A stretch of 64,000 nt of DNA from a virus. Taxonomy: Duplodnaviria; Caudoviricetes. The position numbers and the translations under genes were made by a program. Where the stretch lies: the IMG/VR virus record IMGVR_UViG_3300032030_000015, positions 81,002-145,001 of that record, one strand, 5' to 3'. How positions within the stretch are numbered: the first letter of the stretch is position 1; every line of letters begins with the position of its first letter. Positions 1 through 9,335 of the stretch are shown here, one piece after another. The notes beneath the pieces were generated by a model, which saw nothing but the letters and a program-made list of their open reading frames with translations, ran no database searches and had not been told where the DNA came from.

Positions 1-363
1 CAGCCCAAGCTGCTCCTTGGCGCGTTCCAAGTAGCCCACAATCTCCACCGTCACCTCGTCCACGGGCTGGGCCAGCCCGTCGCATACGGCCCGTTTCGCC
101 TCTTGACTCTGCTTCGTCCACCACTCGACGGTCTCCGGGTCGAAGTCGTAGCCCTCGACCACGCAGGAGCGCAGGTCCACATACAGCTCCAGCGACTCCG
201 GCCACTTGCTGGTCTGCTCCTCGGTCAGTGTGCCGTCCTCGTCCATCACGAAAGGGTCTTCCTTGGCGTCTCTATTCCATGGCACGATGGCCACCATCAT
301 CGGCGCGGCGTTCGCCGTCAGCCCGACGGTCTCAAAGTCAATCGTAAAATCCAAGTGTTTCAT
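1..363 (-). CDS. 3'-5' exonuclease/exoribonuclease, DEDD family (Rv2179c/exonuclease VIII-like); runs off the left window edge
   Basis: Own translation MKHLDFTIDFETVGLTANAAP...DPETVEWWTKQS. It contains the DxET motif I and the TxxWW motif typical of this family. Not in the supplied ORF track. Confidence 0.75.
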   Translation of the reverse strand, partial: MKHLDFTIDFETVGLTANAAPMMVAIVPWNRDAKEDPFVMDEDGTLTEEQTSKWPESLELYVDLRSCVVEGYDFDPETVEWWTKQSQEAKRAVCDGLAQPVDEVTVEIVGYLERAKEQLGL

Positions 364-376
364 TGTCGCTGTCCCT

Positions 377-532
377 TTAGTCCATGATAATGTTCTTTCT
401 TCTCAGGATTTCTCGCACCGTCTGGGCATCTACCCCTGCGATGCTTGCGATGTTGGCCACTTGCCAGCCGTTCTTCTGCAGGTCGAGCACGTACTGCTCC
501 GTGGTCCTGCCTCCGTGTAGTCTCTTTGTCAT
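377..532 (-). CDS. Small HTH-like protein (51 aa)
   Basis: Own translation MTKRLHGGRTTEQYVLDLQKNGWQVANIASIAGVDAQTVREILRRKNIIMD, with an HTH-like IAxxxGVxxxTV pattern. Better codon usage than the overlapping 360..566 ORF. Confidence 0.6.
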   Translation of the reverse strand: MTKRLHGGRTTEQYVLDLQKNGWQVANIASIAGVDAQTVREILRRKNIIMD

Positions 533-562
533 AATACCTTAATCGTTTGTTTAATTCTATAA

Positions 563-865
563 TCATTGCTGCTTAACTTGAAATCGTCTTGTGATGCGGC
601 CCTTGGTGAGGTCGTAGACGGAGAGTTCCATCTCCACGCGGTCGCCCACCATGACGCGGATGTGGTTCTGTCGCATCTTGCCGCTGATGGTGGCCAGGAT
701 GGTGACGCCGTTGTCCAGCTCCACGTGGTAGTTGTCGTAGCCCAGCGCCTCGGTTATCTCGCCCTGTGCGGTCAGTATGTCGGTGCGCTGGCGTCGGCTG
801 TAGCCGCCGTTCATCTTCACGGCGGGCTTCATCTCTGCGTATCTTCTCTGCTTATGTCTTGCCAT
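563..865 (-). CDS. infA: Translation initiation factor IF-1 homologue with a basic N-terminal extension
   Basis: GEITEALG..YHVELDNG..ILATISGKMRQNHIRVMVGDRVEMELSVYDLTKGRITRR is the IF-1 S1-domain signature. Confidence 0.9.
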   Translation of the reverse strand: MARHKQRRYAEMKPAVKMNGGYSRRQRTDILTAQGEITEALGYDNYHVELDNGVTILATISGKMRQNHIRVMVGDRVEMELSVYDLTKGRITRRFQVKQQ

Positions 866-880
866 TACCTTTATATATAT

Positions 881-1072
881 TTAGAGTGAGAATTTCTTGT
901 GCTTGGTGACCACGACGGGCTCGTGCAGTTCCCAGCCCTTCTGGAAGAGGAAGGCGGCGATGTCGCGCTCCGACAGGTGGCCACGGTCGATGAGCTGCTG
1001 GAGGATGTCCTGCGGCTTGCGGCCAGAGAGGGGGATGCCAGTGGTTTCAGGTTTCAGGTTGGCAGGTTTCAT
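881..1072 (-). CDS. Hypothetical protein
   Basis: Fits the minus-strand operon and overlaps the stop of the upstream gene. Confidence 0.55.
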   Translation of the reverse strand: MKPANLKPETTGIPLSGRKPQDILQQLIDRGHLSERDIAAFLFQKGWELHEPVVVTKHKKFSL

Positions 1073-2641
1073 GTTGCCAGCCTTGGCCTTCTGCTTTGGT
1101 TCAGGCGTGGGGGCACAGAACTGGCGCCACTCTCACCTGTGGTCGGGGTCTGCCCGTCGCCTGTATGGTTATCGTCGATGTCTGCAAACTCTATCAGCGG
1201 CATGTCGTTGGTGTCGGTGGATGGGGTAGGGGCCTCTTCCATAAGATCGTCGGTCTCCTCGATGTCGGGCGCGCTGCCGCTCTTCACGGCTGCCTCGCGC
1301 TGTGCCACGATGACGGCATACTCCTCGCGGGTCCGCACCTGCTTCACCTCGACGTTCACGATGTCCGCCGTGTGCGCCAGGTTCTTCGTGACATGCAGGT
1401 AGTAGTTGTCGCCGATGCGAAGCTCGAATCGCTCGGCAATCTGTCGGCAGATGCTGGACGAGCACACCTGCAGCAGGTCGCTCGTGCGGCTCGTGGCACG
1501 GGTGACGTTCGAGCCCTCGGCATTGTTGAACACCAGGAACTGACAGCCCTTGCGGTCGGCGTAGATGTAGCACTTCGTCAGCCCTGCCCGTCGCACGATG
1601 TCAGACAGCACGGCATTGAGCGTGATGCGCTTCTCCGTCGTCTTGTAGTGCAGCGTTGCGTCGTGCTCGCCTAACCTCGGGGCCGTCGGGATTTCGGTCG
1701 TGTTTTCGGTCGTGTCGACGGTCGTAGGCTCGGCGGTTGCAGATGCTGCCTTGCGCTGCTCGTCGGCCTGACGCTCTGCTTCCTTCTTGCGTCGTACTTT
1801 CTTCATCGAGAGCCTTCTTCTCCTGTTCCAGCCGCTGCACCTCGGCCTCGCGCTCGGCTATTTCAATCTCCAGCCGACGCTGTTCCTCCTCTTTCCGCTG
1901 TGCCTCCTCGGCAGCGGCCAGCAGCTCCGTCTGACAGGTCTTGCAATACTCCTGCAGACCGTCATCGGATGTGTCGCTGGCATAAAACTCCGAGCGGAGT
2001 TTGCGCTTGCCGCAGTGGCCGCACACCTTTGTGGTCTTATTCAGGTTTGCCTGTCCCTCGGCTATCTGCTGGCGGGCGGTCTCGTAGCGGGCGTTCGTAA
2101 TTTCCTTGCCCGTCGGCTCTGCTATAGGCTCCTGTGCCGACAGCCGCTCCAGCTTCGCCTGCTTCTCGGCAATCTCCTTCTCCAACTGCTTGATGGCTTT
2201 GGCCTGCTTCTCGGCCTCCTTCTCAGCCTTCTCGCGCTCCTTCTTCTCCTTGTCCCACTTGCCGCCCTCGCACTCACGGCAGTGCTTGTGCAGCGCGCCA
2301 TTCGACTTCGTGGCAAAGGCCGTCCTGGGCAGCACCCGCTGGCAGTGGGGACAGTACACCTGCGCCTCGTCGGCAGTCAGTATGCCCGTGTTGCGGAACT
2401 CGGTCAGCTTCGCCTGCCACTTCTGGTCGATATCCTTCCAGTACTTGAAGCCGAAGATGGTATTGCCCGCACCCGTGAAGTCGAAGGCCGACAGTATCAC
2501 GTCCTCTGCCGCCACCTCGTCGAGGTAGGTGTCGAGGTCGCGCTTGTCGAACCGGTGCGAGCGGTACAGGTACTCGAAGTTGTTCATCACACCCTTTCCC
2601 TGCATGAACTTCGTAAACAGCGTCGTCTCGTCGTAGGTCAT
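1069..2641 (-). CDS. Zn-finger (CxxC pairs) and coiled-coil protein, split by a 1-bp frameshift near 1798-1800
   Basis: ORFs 1601..2641 and 1069..1806 join into one reading (..ALDEE/VRRKKEAERQ..) if one A is removed from GAAGAAAGTA. Motifs CPHC..CREC and CGHC..CKTC. Confidence 0.6.
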
Positions 2642-2646
2642 ATTTC

Positions 2647-3371
2647 TTAGTCTTTATGGTCTTTCTTCTCCTGCCGTGCCTCGATGCGATCCACCTTGCG
2701 GCGGTAGGTAGCGCAGCGCTCCTTCATGTATTCCCACAGGCGGTCTGATTCGTCCATCCACATCTGGGCGTGCCAGTCCTTTGAGTGGCTCAGGTTGTCG
2801 CCCGTCAGCTTCTGAGCCAGTTCGCGGGCGGCCTCTATCTCCTTGAACTTCTCCAGTTTGATGCCGATGTTGTTGCGCTGCAGCAGTTCGTTGATGTCGG
2901 CCACGGTGAAGTCTATCATGTCCATTACGAACGACAGCCCCGCCAGCAGTTCCTGCCAGTGGTCGTACTCGCGGCGGTCCTTCTGCCTGAGCAGGTTGCT
3001 GATGCCACGGATGCTCTTGCGCTTCTCCATCTCCAGCATCCACAGGCGGTCAACTTCCTGGTTCTCCATGTGGCGCATCTTCGTCTGTACAAGGTTGATT
3101 TTCACGAAGTCATGCCGACGGTCCAGCCGCAGAAACTCGTCCTGCAGCTTCTTGTATTCCCTGTTGCCGTTCATCAGGTTCATCTTCGCCTGACGCTGTA
3201 TGGCTTCCGCGTCGATGCCGTACTCAATCGGCTCCACCTCTTGTCCTGTCTCTTTGTTGATCATACTCACGTTCTCCTTGTTGTTTACGAATACCACACG
3301 TCCGTCGGGGTGGTGGTCACTGTCTCGTTGTTCTGTTCGTTGGCTTGCGCCTTAATTTCTTGTTCGTTCAT
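2647..3371 (-). CDS. Hypothetical protein, apparent frameshift near 3297
   Basis: ATG at 3371 (MNEQEIKAQ...PTD) has an AT-rich leader and shifts frame into ORF 2647..3297 at GACGTGTGGTA. Confidence 0.55.
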
Positions 3372-3390
3372 AATTTATCGCCTTTATACT

Positions 3391-3903
3391 CTATTTATCA
3401 TAACAGTGATTATCGTAAATTTCTTCAGTCGTGGATTCCTTGCCGTCGTCGGCAGCTTTCTGCTCGCGCTCACGCATCTTGCGGCGGATGTCCTTGTCCT
3501 GTTGGCGCCGTCGGCGTTCCTCGACGATGTGGTTGTAGAACTCCATGTCGGGTGGCGGTTCCTGCTTGGCCATCCTGACCAGTTCGCGGGCGGCCTTGCG
3601 CTGCTCGTCGGTCAGCTCGCCTCCGAACATGTTGCCTGCCGAGCCTTTGCCCGACGCTTTGTTGCCGGACGTTCCATTGCCGGATGAACTGCTGCTGTCA
3701 GACGAGCCGAGCATCAACGTCAGGCGGCGCTTGCGCTCGGCCATGCGCTCCGCCCACTGCTTCACCTTCTCCAGTTCCTTCTTGCAGGCCTTCCAGTAGG
3801 CATGCCGGCCTGCATTGCGGCTCGCTCCCCGGTATATCCACACCACCTTGCCAGTCAGGCACGACCGCTTGATGATGGTCACCAGTTTCCTGTGCTTGGT
3901 CAT
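3391..3903 (-). CDS. Hypothetical basic protein
   Basis: Its start overlaps the primase stop (ATGA); codon usage fits. Confidence 0.6.
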   Translation of the reverse strand: MTKHRKLVTIIKRSCLTGKVVWIYRGASRNAGRHAYWKACKKELEKVKQWAERMAERKRRLTLMLGSSDSSSSSGNGTSGNKASGKGSAGNMFGGELTDEQRKAARELVRMAKQEPPPDMEFYNHIVEERRRRQQDKDIRRKMREREQKAADDGKESTTEEIYDNHCYDK

Positions 3904-6900
3904 TGCTCACCTCCTTCCTCCGGATCTTTCTCCGGTGCTGCCTGCACATACCCCTCCTCATACTCCTTGCCGGCGGTATAGGGCTTGGTGGGCACGCCGC
4001 CGGGACGGTTGCGGTAGAAGTAATGCACGAAGGTGTGCTGGGCAGAGAGTTCGCGGGGCACGCGCTCGCCGGTCGATACCTCGTGGCGGTACTTGTTCTT
4101 CTCCATGCGCTCCACGGGCTTGCCCTGCTGGTCGAGCACGGTGAGCCAGGCACGGGTCTGGCGCCCGCCGCGACGACGGTACGACGCCGTGTTCAGCACC
4201 ACGTCGGGATCCATCACGATGCCCATGCGGTTCAGGCAGGGTTTGAGATACTTCGCTATGCGCTTCTTCGCCTTCTCGATGGTGTCCCAGGTGACGCCCT
4301 CGCCCTCTGCGTCCAATAATGATATCGCCATCTCCTGCGGCGGTATCGGCTGTCCGATGTGAGGGTTGTCGGGCGTGTCCTCGAAGTACTGCACCAGCCA
4401 GTCGGTCAGCCCCGAGTCCTTAGTCATGGCGTAGAGTTCGCGGCGCAGGCTACGGCTCTCCGTCGGCGGCAGGATAGTCTCGTTGGGGTGCTGCAGGTAG
4501 AACTGCGCCATCGCCAGCAGCATGTTCTGCAGCTCGTTCAGCAGGTGTGCCGGCAGGTTACGCGCCACCTCTGCCACGCCGTACTTCTCCAGGAAGTCGT
4601 CCTTCGGGGCATGGTCGAGCCATCGCCCGTCGTCGGTGGCGGCGTGGTAGTAGTCCGAGGTGAAGCAGGGATAGATGCGCCCCTTGGTGGAGCCTGCCGA
4701 GCGGTCGAAGGGCTTGTTCGAGGTGATGAACACCTTGGGCACCTCGTCGCCGGTCAGCGTGACGGGCTGGTGATACAGCGTCTTGCACACCAGTTTCGTG
4801 CCGATGTTGTACAGGTCCTCGACGTTGAAGTTGTCGGGCATCTCGTCCATGCAGACCAGCGTGTGCAGGTGGGCTATGACGTAGCCGAACAGCACCTCCA
4901 TCGAGATGTTCTTCATCGACTTGCCCGCGATGTTGGCCGACGAGGGCCTGACGGTGGCCATCATGTCGATGTGTATGCTTTTTCCGTTGCGTCCGCTGGC
5001 CTTCTGCTCGTCGGTCACGCTGTAGTCGGTCATGTGGACGGTCAGCTGCCGTGCCAGGCTGCGGTGCCGGGTGATGCTGTAGCCGATGGCGTGGCAGTGG
5101 TTGATGAAGTGCATGTCCTGCATCTGCCGCTCGATGGCCGTCAGCTTCTCGCCGAACGACTCCTTCTCCCAGAAGATGCGGCACGTGTTGTACTCGAACT
5201 GGAAGTGCATCGGCATCTCCTCCAGGGGCTTGTCCATGACGAGCCGGAACTTCCACAGTTCCTCCCACTGCTTCCACCGCAGGTTCTCGGCGGCACGCAT
5301 GGCGGGCGTGGTGCATTGCTTCGATATCTCCTCGTGGCGCTTCCGCTCGGTCTCGTACTTCGGGTTGACGACGATGCGCCACGGCTGCTGCTGCACATGG
5401 AACTCGCCCGGCATGATGGCTTCCTCGTTGGTCACCCACGGCAGCCGGTCGTAGGGCACCTCGCGGATCTCGTCCTTCGTCACGCGGACGGCGGTGTTTT
5501 GGAAGAAGAAGTGGTCGAAGTCCTCGCCCCACGAGTGCTCGTTGATGGGTGCCGGCGGCATGGTGTTCATCGTCCGGGCATCGAGTCCCTTGCCGGTGAA
5601 GATGGTGTTCACCAAATTGGCCTTGAACTGCGACGGGTCGTCCCTGCGCTCGTCCTGGTCGGCATACTCTGCATCGTTGCCGAAGTGGGCGTCTATCCAG
5701 TCGAGCATCGACGTGCGGCAGACCGACTCCAGCTGGTTGCCCGTGCGGCTCGTGTCGAGATAGCGATAGGTATTATTGTGCGAGAGCTGATAGAACGCCC
5801 GCTGGCCGCGCTCGTCCTGATGGCAGCGGATGCCCTTCGCGTCGAGGAACTGCAGCAGGTTCGCCACGCTCAGCACGTAGCGCACGTTGTGCTCCTTCTC
5901 GTCCTTGTCGTTCTTCTTCGACGTGTGTTTGTCAATCCAGAACTGCATCGTCAGCGCGTTCTTCAGCATCCGCATCAGTGCCTCCGAGGGGTTCGCCTTC
6001 CGCAAGTCCGGCGCAAACAGTTTCTGTATCTGCGAGAAGTGCGTCACGAAGTCCGTCACGTCCTTGTAGGGCTTCGCCTTGGTTTCCACCTCCCCCATCT
6101 CCTTCGGCAACCGTACCCAATGCACCCTGGCATTCTCCAGAGCGATGCTGGCACTGCAGGCCTGACCCGTTGCGTCGATGTCGTAGCATACATATATATC
6201 TACCGCCACCTGAGCCATCCGCATCAGCAGCACACGCAGCCATTCCTCGACCACGCCGTCCTTGATGCCCGCCAACTCATTGTGCAGCCACAGCACATGA
6301 GCGTCCGTCGCCGCCCACATCTGCATCGCATCGCGAGGCCCTGAGCACAGCACCAGCCGCTTCATCTTCGCCTTCACGGGGTTCTTGTCGCTGTCGCGCT
6401 CTGTCACCACGAGCGGGTGCCGCCTGTCCTTCAGCGCGTCGGCAAACCACGGAGCGGCTGCCGCTTCTCCGGCTGCGGTCCTGTGCTCGGCGGTTCTGCC
6501 GCCGATGGCTTCCATCGCCGCCATCGCCACATGGTCGCCGTACAGCCGTGTGGCCACGTCGCCCTTCTTATACCACGCCCATTTCGTCGTCTTGCTTCTC
6601 GGCTCGTATTTCTTCGTGCCCCATTCATACGGCATCGCGAATATCGGGTACGTCAGCCTGTCGTGAATCTCCAGCGAGCACTTGCCGCCCTGCTTGGCTT
6701 TTACAGGCGAGGTGATGAACACATCGACTGGGTACGTCTGGAACTCCCGCTCGATCGTCTCGCCCCACTCCTGGGCAGTCTTGGCCTCTCCCCTGCCCCG
6801 CCAGAACTCGCGGTCGATTGAGCAGCGGTACAGCGGCACCGGCTTCCCGTCGCCCTCACTGTGCTCGGCGGTTTTGCCGCCGAGGTCGGGCTCTTTATAC

Positions 6901-7397
6901 ATCACCACCTGCTCGCCGTCCTCACCTGCCTTGGTCGCGTTCTTCACCGTGAAGCCCAGCGCTCTCAGATGATATATCGTCCACTTCGTCACGGTGAACT
7001 CACACTCCTGCGGGTCTATCGCCTTCGTCCGTTCCTCCGGACTCGTCGGCGCCACGTCCTTCACCTCCACGTCGTGCTCGTCCACCAGCCGCTGGCACAC
7101 CTTCTGCATCTGCTCCGTCGTCAGGTTGCTCCAGTCGTAGCCCATCAGCGCCGCCTGCAGCGCCACGGCCCCGTAGCCCTTCTTGTCGCACCCGAAGCAT
7201 CCCCAGCCCGGCGCATCGTGTCCGTCGCCCGCCTTCTGCTCCACGCTGAACGACGGCTTGTGGTCGGGATGTCCTCCCAACGGACAACGATACACCGCCC
7301 GGCCGCTCCTCGGCAGGTTCTCCGGCTCATATCCATTCGCCCGCATCACTTCCACGAGCGAAATGTTCCTCAGTATCTGTAGGCTCTCTTCAGTCAC
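3900..7397 (-). CDS. DNA primase-helicase (CHC2-type Zn finger, TOPRIM-like domain, C-terminal P-loop NTPase)
   Basis: CPLGGHPDHKPSF..GCFGC Zn finger; LVLCSGPRDA and CYDIDATG TOPRIM-like motifs; ASGRNGKS Walker A; LVCMDE Walker B. Confidence 0.85.
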   Translation of the reverse strand: MTEESLQILRNISLVEVMRANGYEPENLPRSGRAVYRCPLGGHPDHKPSFSVEQKAGDGHDAPGWGCFGCDKKGYGAVALQAALMGYDWSNLTTEQMQKVCQRLVDEHDVEVKDVAPTSPEERTKAIDPQECEFTVTKWTIYHLRALGFTVKNATKAGEDGEQVVMYKEPDLGGKTAEHSEGDGKPVPLYRCSIDREFWRGRGEAKTAQEWGETIEREFQTYPVDVFITSPVKAKQGGKCSLEIHDRLTYPIFAMPYEWGTKKYEPRSKTTKWAWYKKGDVATRLYGDHVAMAAMEAIGGRTAEHRTAAGEAAAAPWFADALKDRRHPLVVTERDSDKNPVKAKMKRLVLCSGPRDAMQMWAATDAHVLWLHNELAGIKDGVVEEWLRVLLMRMAQVAVDIYVCYDIDATGQACSASIALENARVHWVRLPKEMGEVETKAKPYKDVTDFVTHFSQIQKLFAPDLRKANPSEALMRMLKNALTMQFWIDKHTSKKNDKDEKEHNVRYVLSVANLLQFLDAKGIRCHQDERGQRAFYQLSHNNTYRYLDTSRTGNQLESVCRTSMLDWIDAHFGNDAEYADQDERRDDPSQFKANLVNTIFTGKGLDARTMNTMPPAPINEHSWGEDFDHFFFQNTAVRVTKDEIREVPYDRLPWVTNEEAIMPGEFHVQQQPWRIVVNPKYETERKRHEEISKQCTTPAMRAAENLRWKQWEELWKFRLVMDKPLEEMPMHFQFEYNTCRIFWEKESFGEKLTAIERQMQDMHFINHCHAIGYSITRHRSLARQLTVHMTDYSVTDEQKASGRNGKSIHIDMMATVRPSSANIAGKSMKNISMEVLFGYVIAHLHTLVCMDEMPDNFNVEDLYNIGTKLVCKTLYHQPVTLTGDEVPKVFITSNKPFDRSAGSTKGRIYPCFTSDYYHAATDDGRWLDHAPKDDFLEKYGVAEVARNLPAHLLNELQNMLLAMAQFYLQHPNETILPPTESRSLRRELYAMTKDSGLTDWLVQYFEDTPDNPHIGQPIPPQEMAISLLDAEGEGVTWDTIEKAKKRIAKYLKPCLNRMGIVMDPDVVLNTASYRRRGGRQTRAWLTVLDQQGKPVERMEKNKYRHEVSTGERVPRELSAQHTFVHYFYRNRPGGVPTKPYTAGKEYEEGYVQAAPEKDPEEGGEQ

Positions 7398-7421
7398 GAA
7401 TTTTGTTCTTAGTAGTAGGGA

Positions 7422-8543
7422 CTATTTCGCCCCGATTGTAAATACGACGCGGCGGCTGAGTTCGCCCTCGAAGCCACGGCGGTCCAGTTCCTCCATCAGT
7501 TCCTCGTCGGTGAATGTGCTGAACGGTTCGGGTGTGAACGTCTCACTGACGGGCTGCTGCTCGGTGACCGTCGATGGTGTTGGGTCGTCGGTGACGGCGA
7601 CCTGCACTGCTGCCGACGGCTTGACTACCGTCTTCTTTGCTCTCGGCTTCGGCTGCTGCTGAGCGTCCTGCTTCTGCTTCAGACGGTCGGCGAAGGTGCT
7701 GACGTCATCGGGATATTGCCAGTAGAAGCCGCCAGCCTTCTGCAGCCGCTTGATGGCACGGTCGAGATTCTTCACTCCTACTGTACGGCATCCTTCTGTG
7801 CAGCTGTCGTAAGTCTTCACTACCTGCAGCGTCTCGGGGTCTATCTGGCAAATCTGCCGTGGCTGCTTGCCACTTGGCTTCTTCTCTTTCTCCATATTCG
7901 TTTCGTTGTTTTCGGGTTTGTCGTTCATGATGCGGGCCGACTGTTTCATCAGCGCGTCGGCCACCTGCTTCTTGTCGTCGTAGTCGATGCCCTTCAGCGG
8001 GTCGGCATCGTTGTCAGGGGTAGCCGTCGGCTCTCCGGTTGCCGTGGCTTTGTTGTCCTCGTCCGCCATCGCCCGTCGTGGCAGTGCGGTCACGGGGTCG
8101 ATATCGAGGTCGGTCTCTTCCTCGTCCGTCGGCTCTTCAGGCTCAGGCATCGGCATTCCCTGCTGTGAGGCCATGATGCGCTGGCGCTCCTTCTCCAGCT
8201 CGTCGGCTGGCAGGTGGATGAGCCGCGTCACGTCCTCAGTCTTGAAGTCGGGCTTGGGGTTGTACTTCGGCTCGGCGAAGTTGGCCCATGTCAGCACGTG
8301 TATCATCACCGAGGCTGACTTCACCTTGTCGCTCTCCACCACGCGGGTCTCGGCCAGCGCCAGTGCCAGCACGTCCTTCGTGTACCACGAGCACGGCTTG
8401 TTCGTGGGCAGCGTGAACCACGCCCTGCGGAATGCGTCGCGGGTCTTCACGTAGAGCTGCCGGTTCTGCTCCTGCTGGCTCCATCCGTCGTATGCTTGTC
8501 GTAAGTTCATATCTTCTCTTATATATAATTTTTTGATTGTCAT
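7422..8543 (-). CDS. NUMOD1-like DNA-binding domain protein
   Basis: RQICQIDPETLQVVKTYDSCTEGCR...KAGGFYWQY resembles a NUMOD1/IENR1 module. Confidence 0.6.
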   Translation of the reverse strand: MTIKKLYIREDMNLRQAYDGWSQQEQNRQLYVKTRDAFRRAWFTLPTNKPCSWYTKDVLALALAETRVVESDKVKSASVMIHVLTWANFAEPKYNPKPDFKTEDVTRLIHLPADELEKERQRIMASQQGMPMPEPEEPTDEEETDLDIDPVTALPRRAMADEDNKATATGEPTATPDNDADPLKGIDYDDKKQVADALMKQSARIMNDKPENNETNMEKEKKPSGKQPRQICQIDPETLQVVKTYDSCTEGCRTVGVKNLDRAIKRLQKAGGFYWQYPDDVSTFADRLKQKQDAQQQPKPRAKKTVVKPSAAVQVAVTDDPTPSTVTEQQPVSETFTPEPFSTFTDEELMEELDRRGFEGELSRRVVFTIGAK

Positions 8544-9052
8544 TCATCCAACTCCAGCGGATAGCCCTCCTCGAAGTCCTCGTCGTCAGGGTCGGCATCC
8601 CGATTGTAGTCATCGCCCTGCTGCCGTCTGTTCCTGCGCCTTGCGGCGTCGCGGTCGCGCTGCTTCCAGTCGAGCGTGCAGCCCACGTTCCAGAAGTGGC
8701 GATGCGTCTTCTTCGACGGCTCCCAGCGCACGAAGCCGCGTGTGCCGTGCAGCGTCATCTGCTCCTCGGTGTCGCTGATGCCCTGGTCGCGGATGGCAGG
8801 GCACATGAACCCCAGCACACCCATGTCCACCGAGAAGCCGTACTGCACGCGGTTCAGGATTTCGTCGGCAAACTGCTCGAAGACGACCGCCGCCATGCGC
8901 GGGTCAAGCAGCGTCCGCCGCCCTACGCGCTCGGCTATGTAGGCCAGGTCTACCGTGTCCAGCGTCTGCACGCGGAACGTCCAGCCCATCTTCCCCGTCT
9001 TCGGGTTGCGGATGCGCACCTTATGCACTGGTATGTCGTTCTTCCTTGACAT
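8540..9052 (-). CDS. Bacteroidetes HU-like DNA-binding protein
   Basis: VDLAYIAERVGRRT..FADEILNRVQYGFSVDMGVLGFMCPAI..VRWEPSK matches the HU-domain pattern, followed by an acidic tail. Confidence 0.7.
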   Translation of the reverse strand: MSRKNDIPVHKVRIRNPKTGKMGWTFRVQTLDTVDLAYIAERVGRRTLLDPRMAAVVFEQFADEILNRVQYGFSVDMGVLGFMCPAIRDQGISDTEEQMTLHGTRGFVRWEPSKKTHRHFWNVGCTLDWKQRDRDAARRRNRRQQGDDYNRDADPDDEDFEEGYPLELDE

Positions 9053-9302
9053 CGTTTGTCTGTTCCTTATATCGTTTACCTTCCGGTTCCTTATGTCGTT
9101 TGCCTGCCTGACCCCGTATCGTCCGTCAGTCGGCCTCTCGTATCGTTCGTTTATCGTCCCCCGGTGCTGTTTGCTTTCGCTCCCCGTGGCGTTTGCCTGC
9201 CGAACCCTCGCTTCGGTCGCCTAACACTTGCCCGTCATGGCTCACTTACTCGCCCGTCAGAGGTCAGCCGTTCGACCGTCGTGGGTCAGCCACTCGCCCG
9301 TC
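9053..9302. repeat. Intergenic array of degenerate direct repeats (possible replication origin or regulatory region)
   Basis: On the minus strand: GACGGGCRAGT three times, and ACGAYA units recurring about every 20-25 bp, with strong purine skew. Confidence 0.4.
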
Positions 9303-9335
9303 AAATTCCGGCTTTCAATAGTGCGGAGCATCTTC

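Noticed and set aside
1790-1810. Programmed ribosomal frameshift
   Set aside because: There is no X XXY YYZ slippery site or downstream structure; a simple indel is more parsimonious.
4359-6344. Long plus-strand ORFs antisense to real genes (also 38056..39330, 39245..41347, 44175..46058 and others)
   Set aside because: These are shadow ORFs caused by high GC3 codon bias on the coding strand; they contain no protein motifs.
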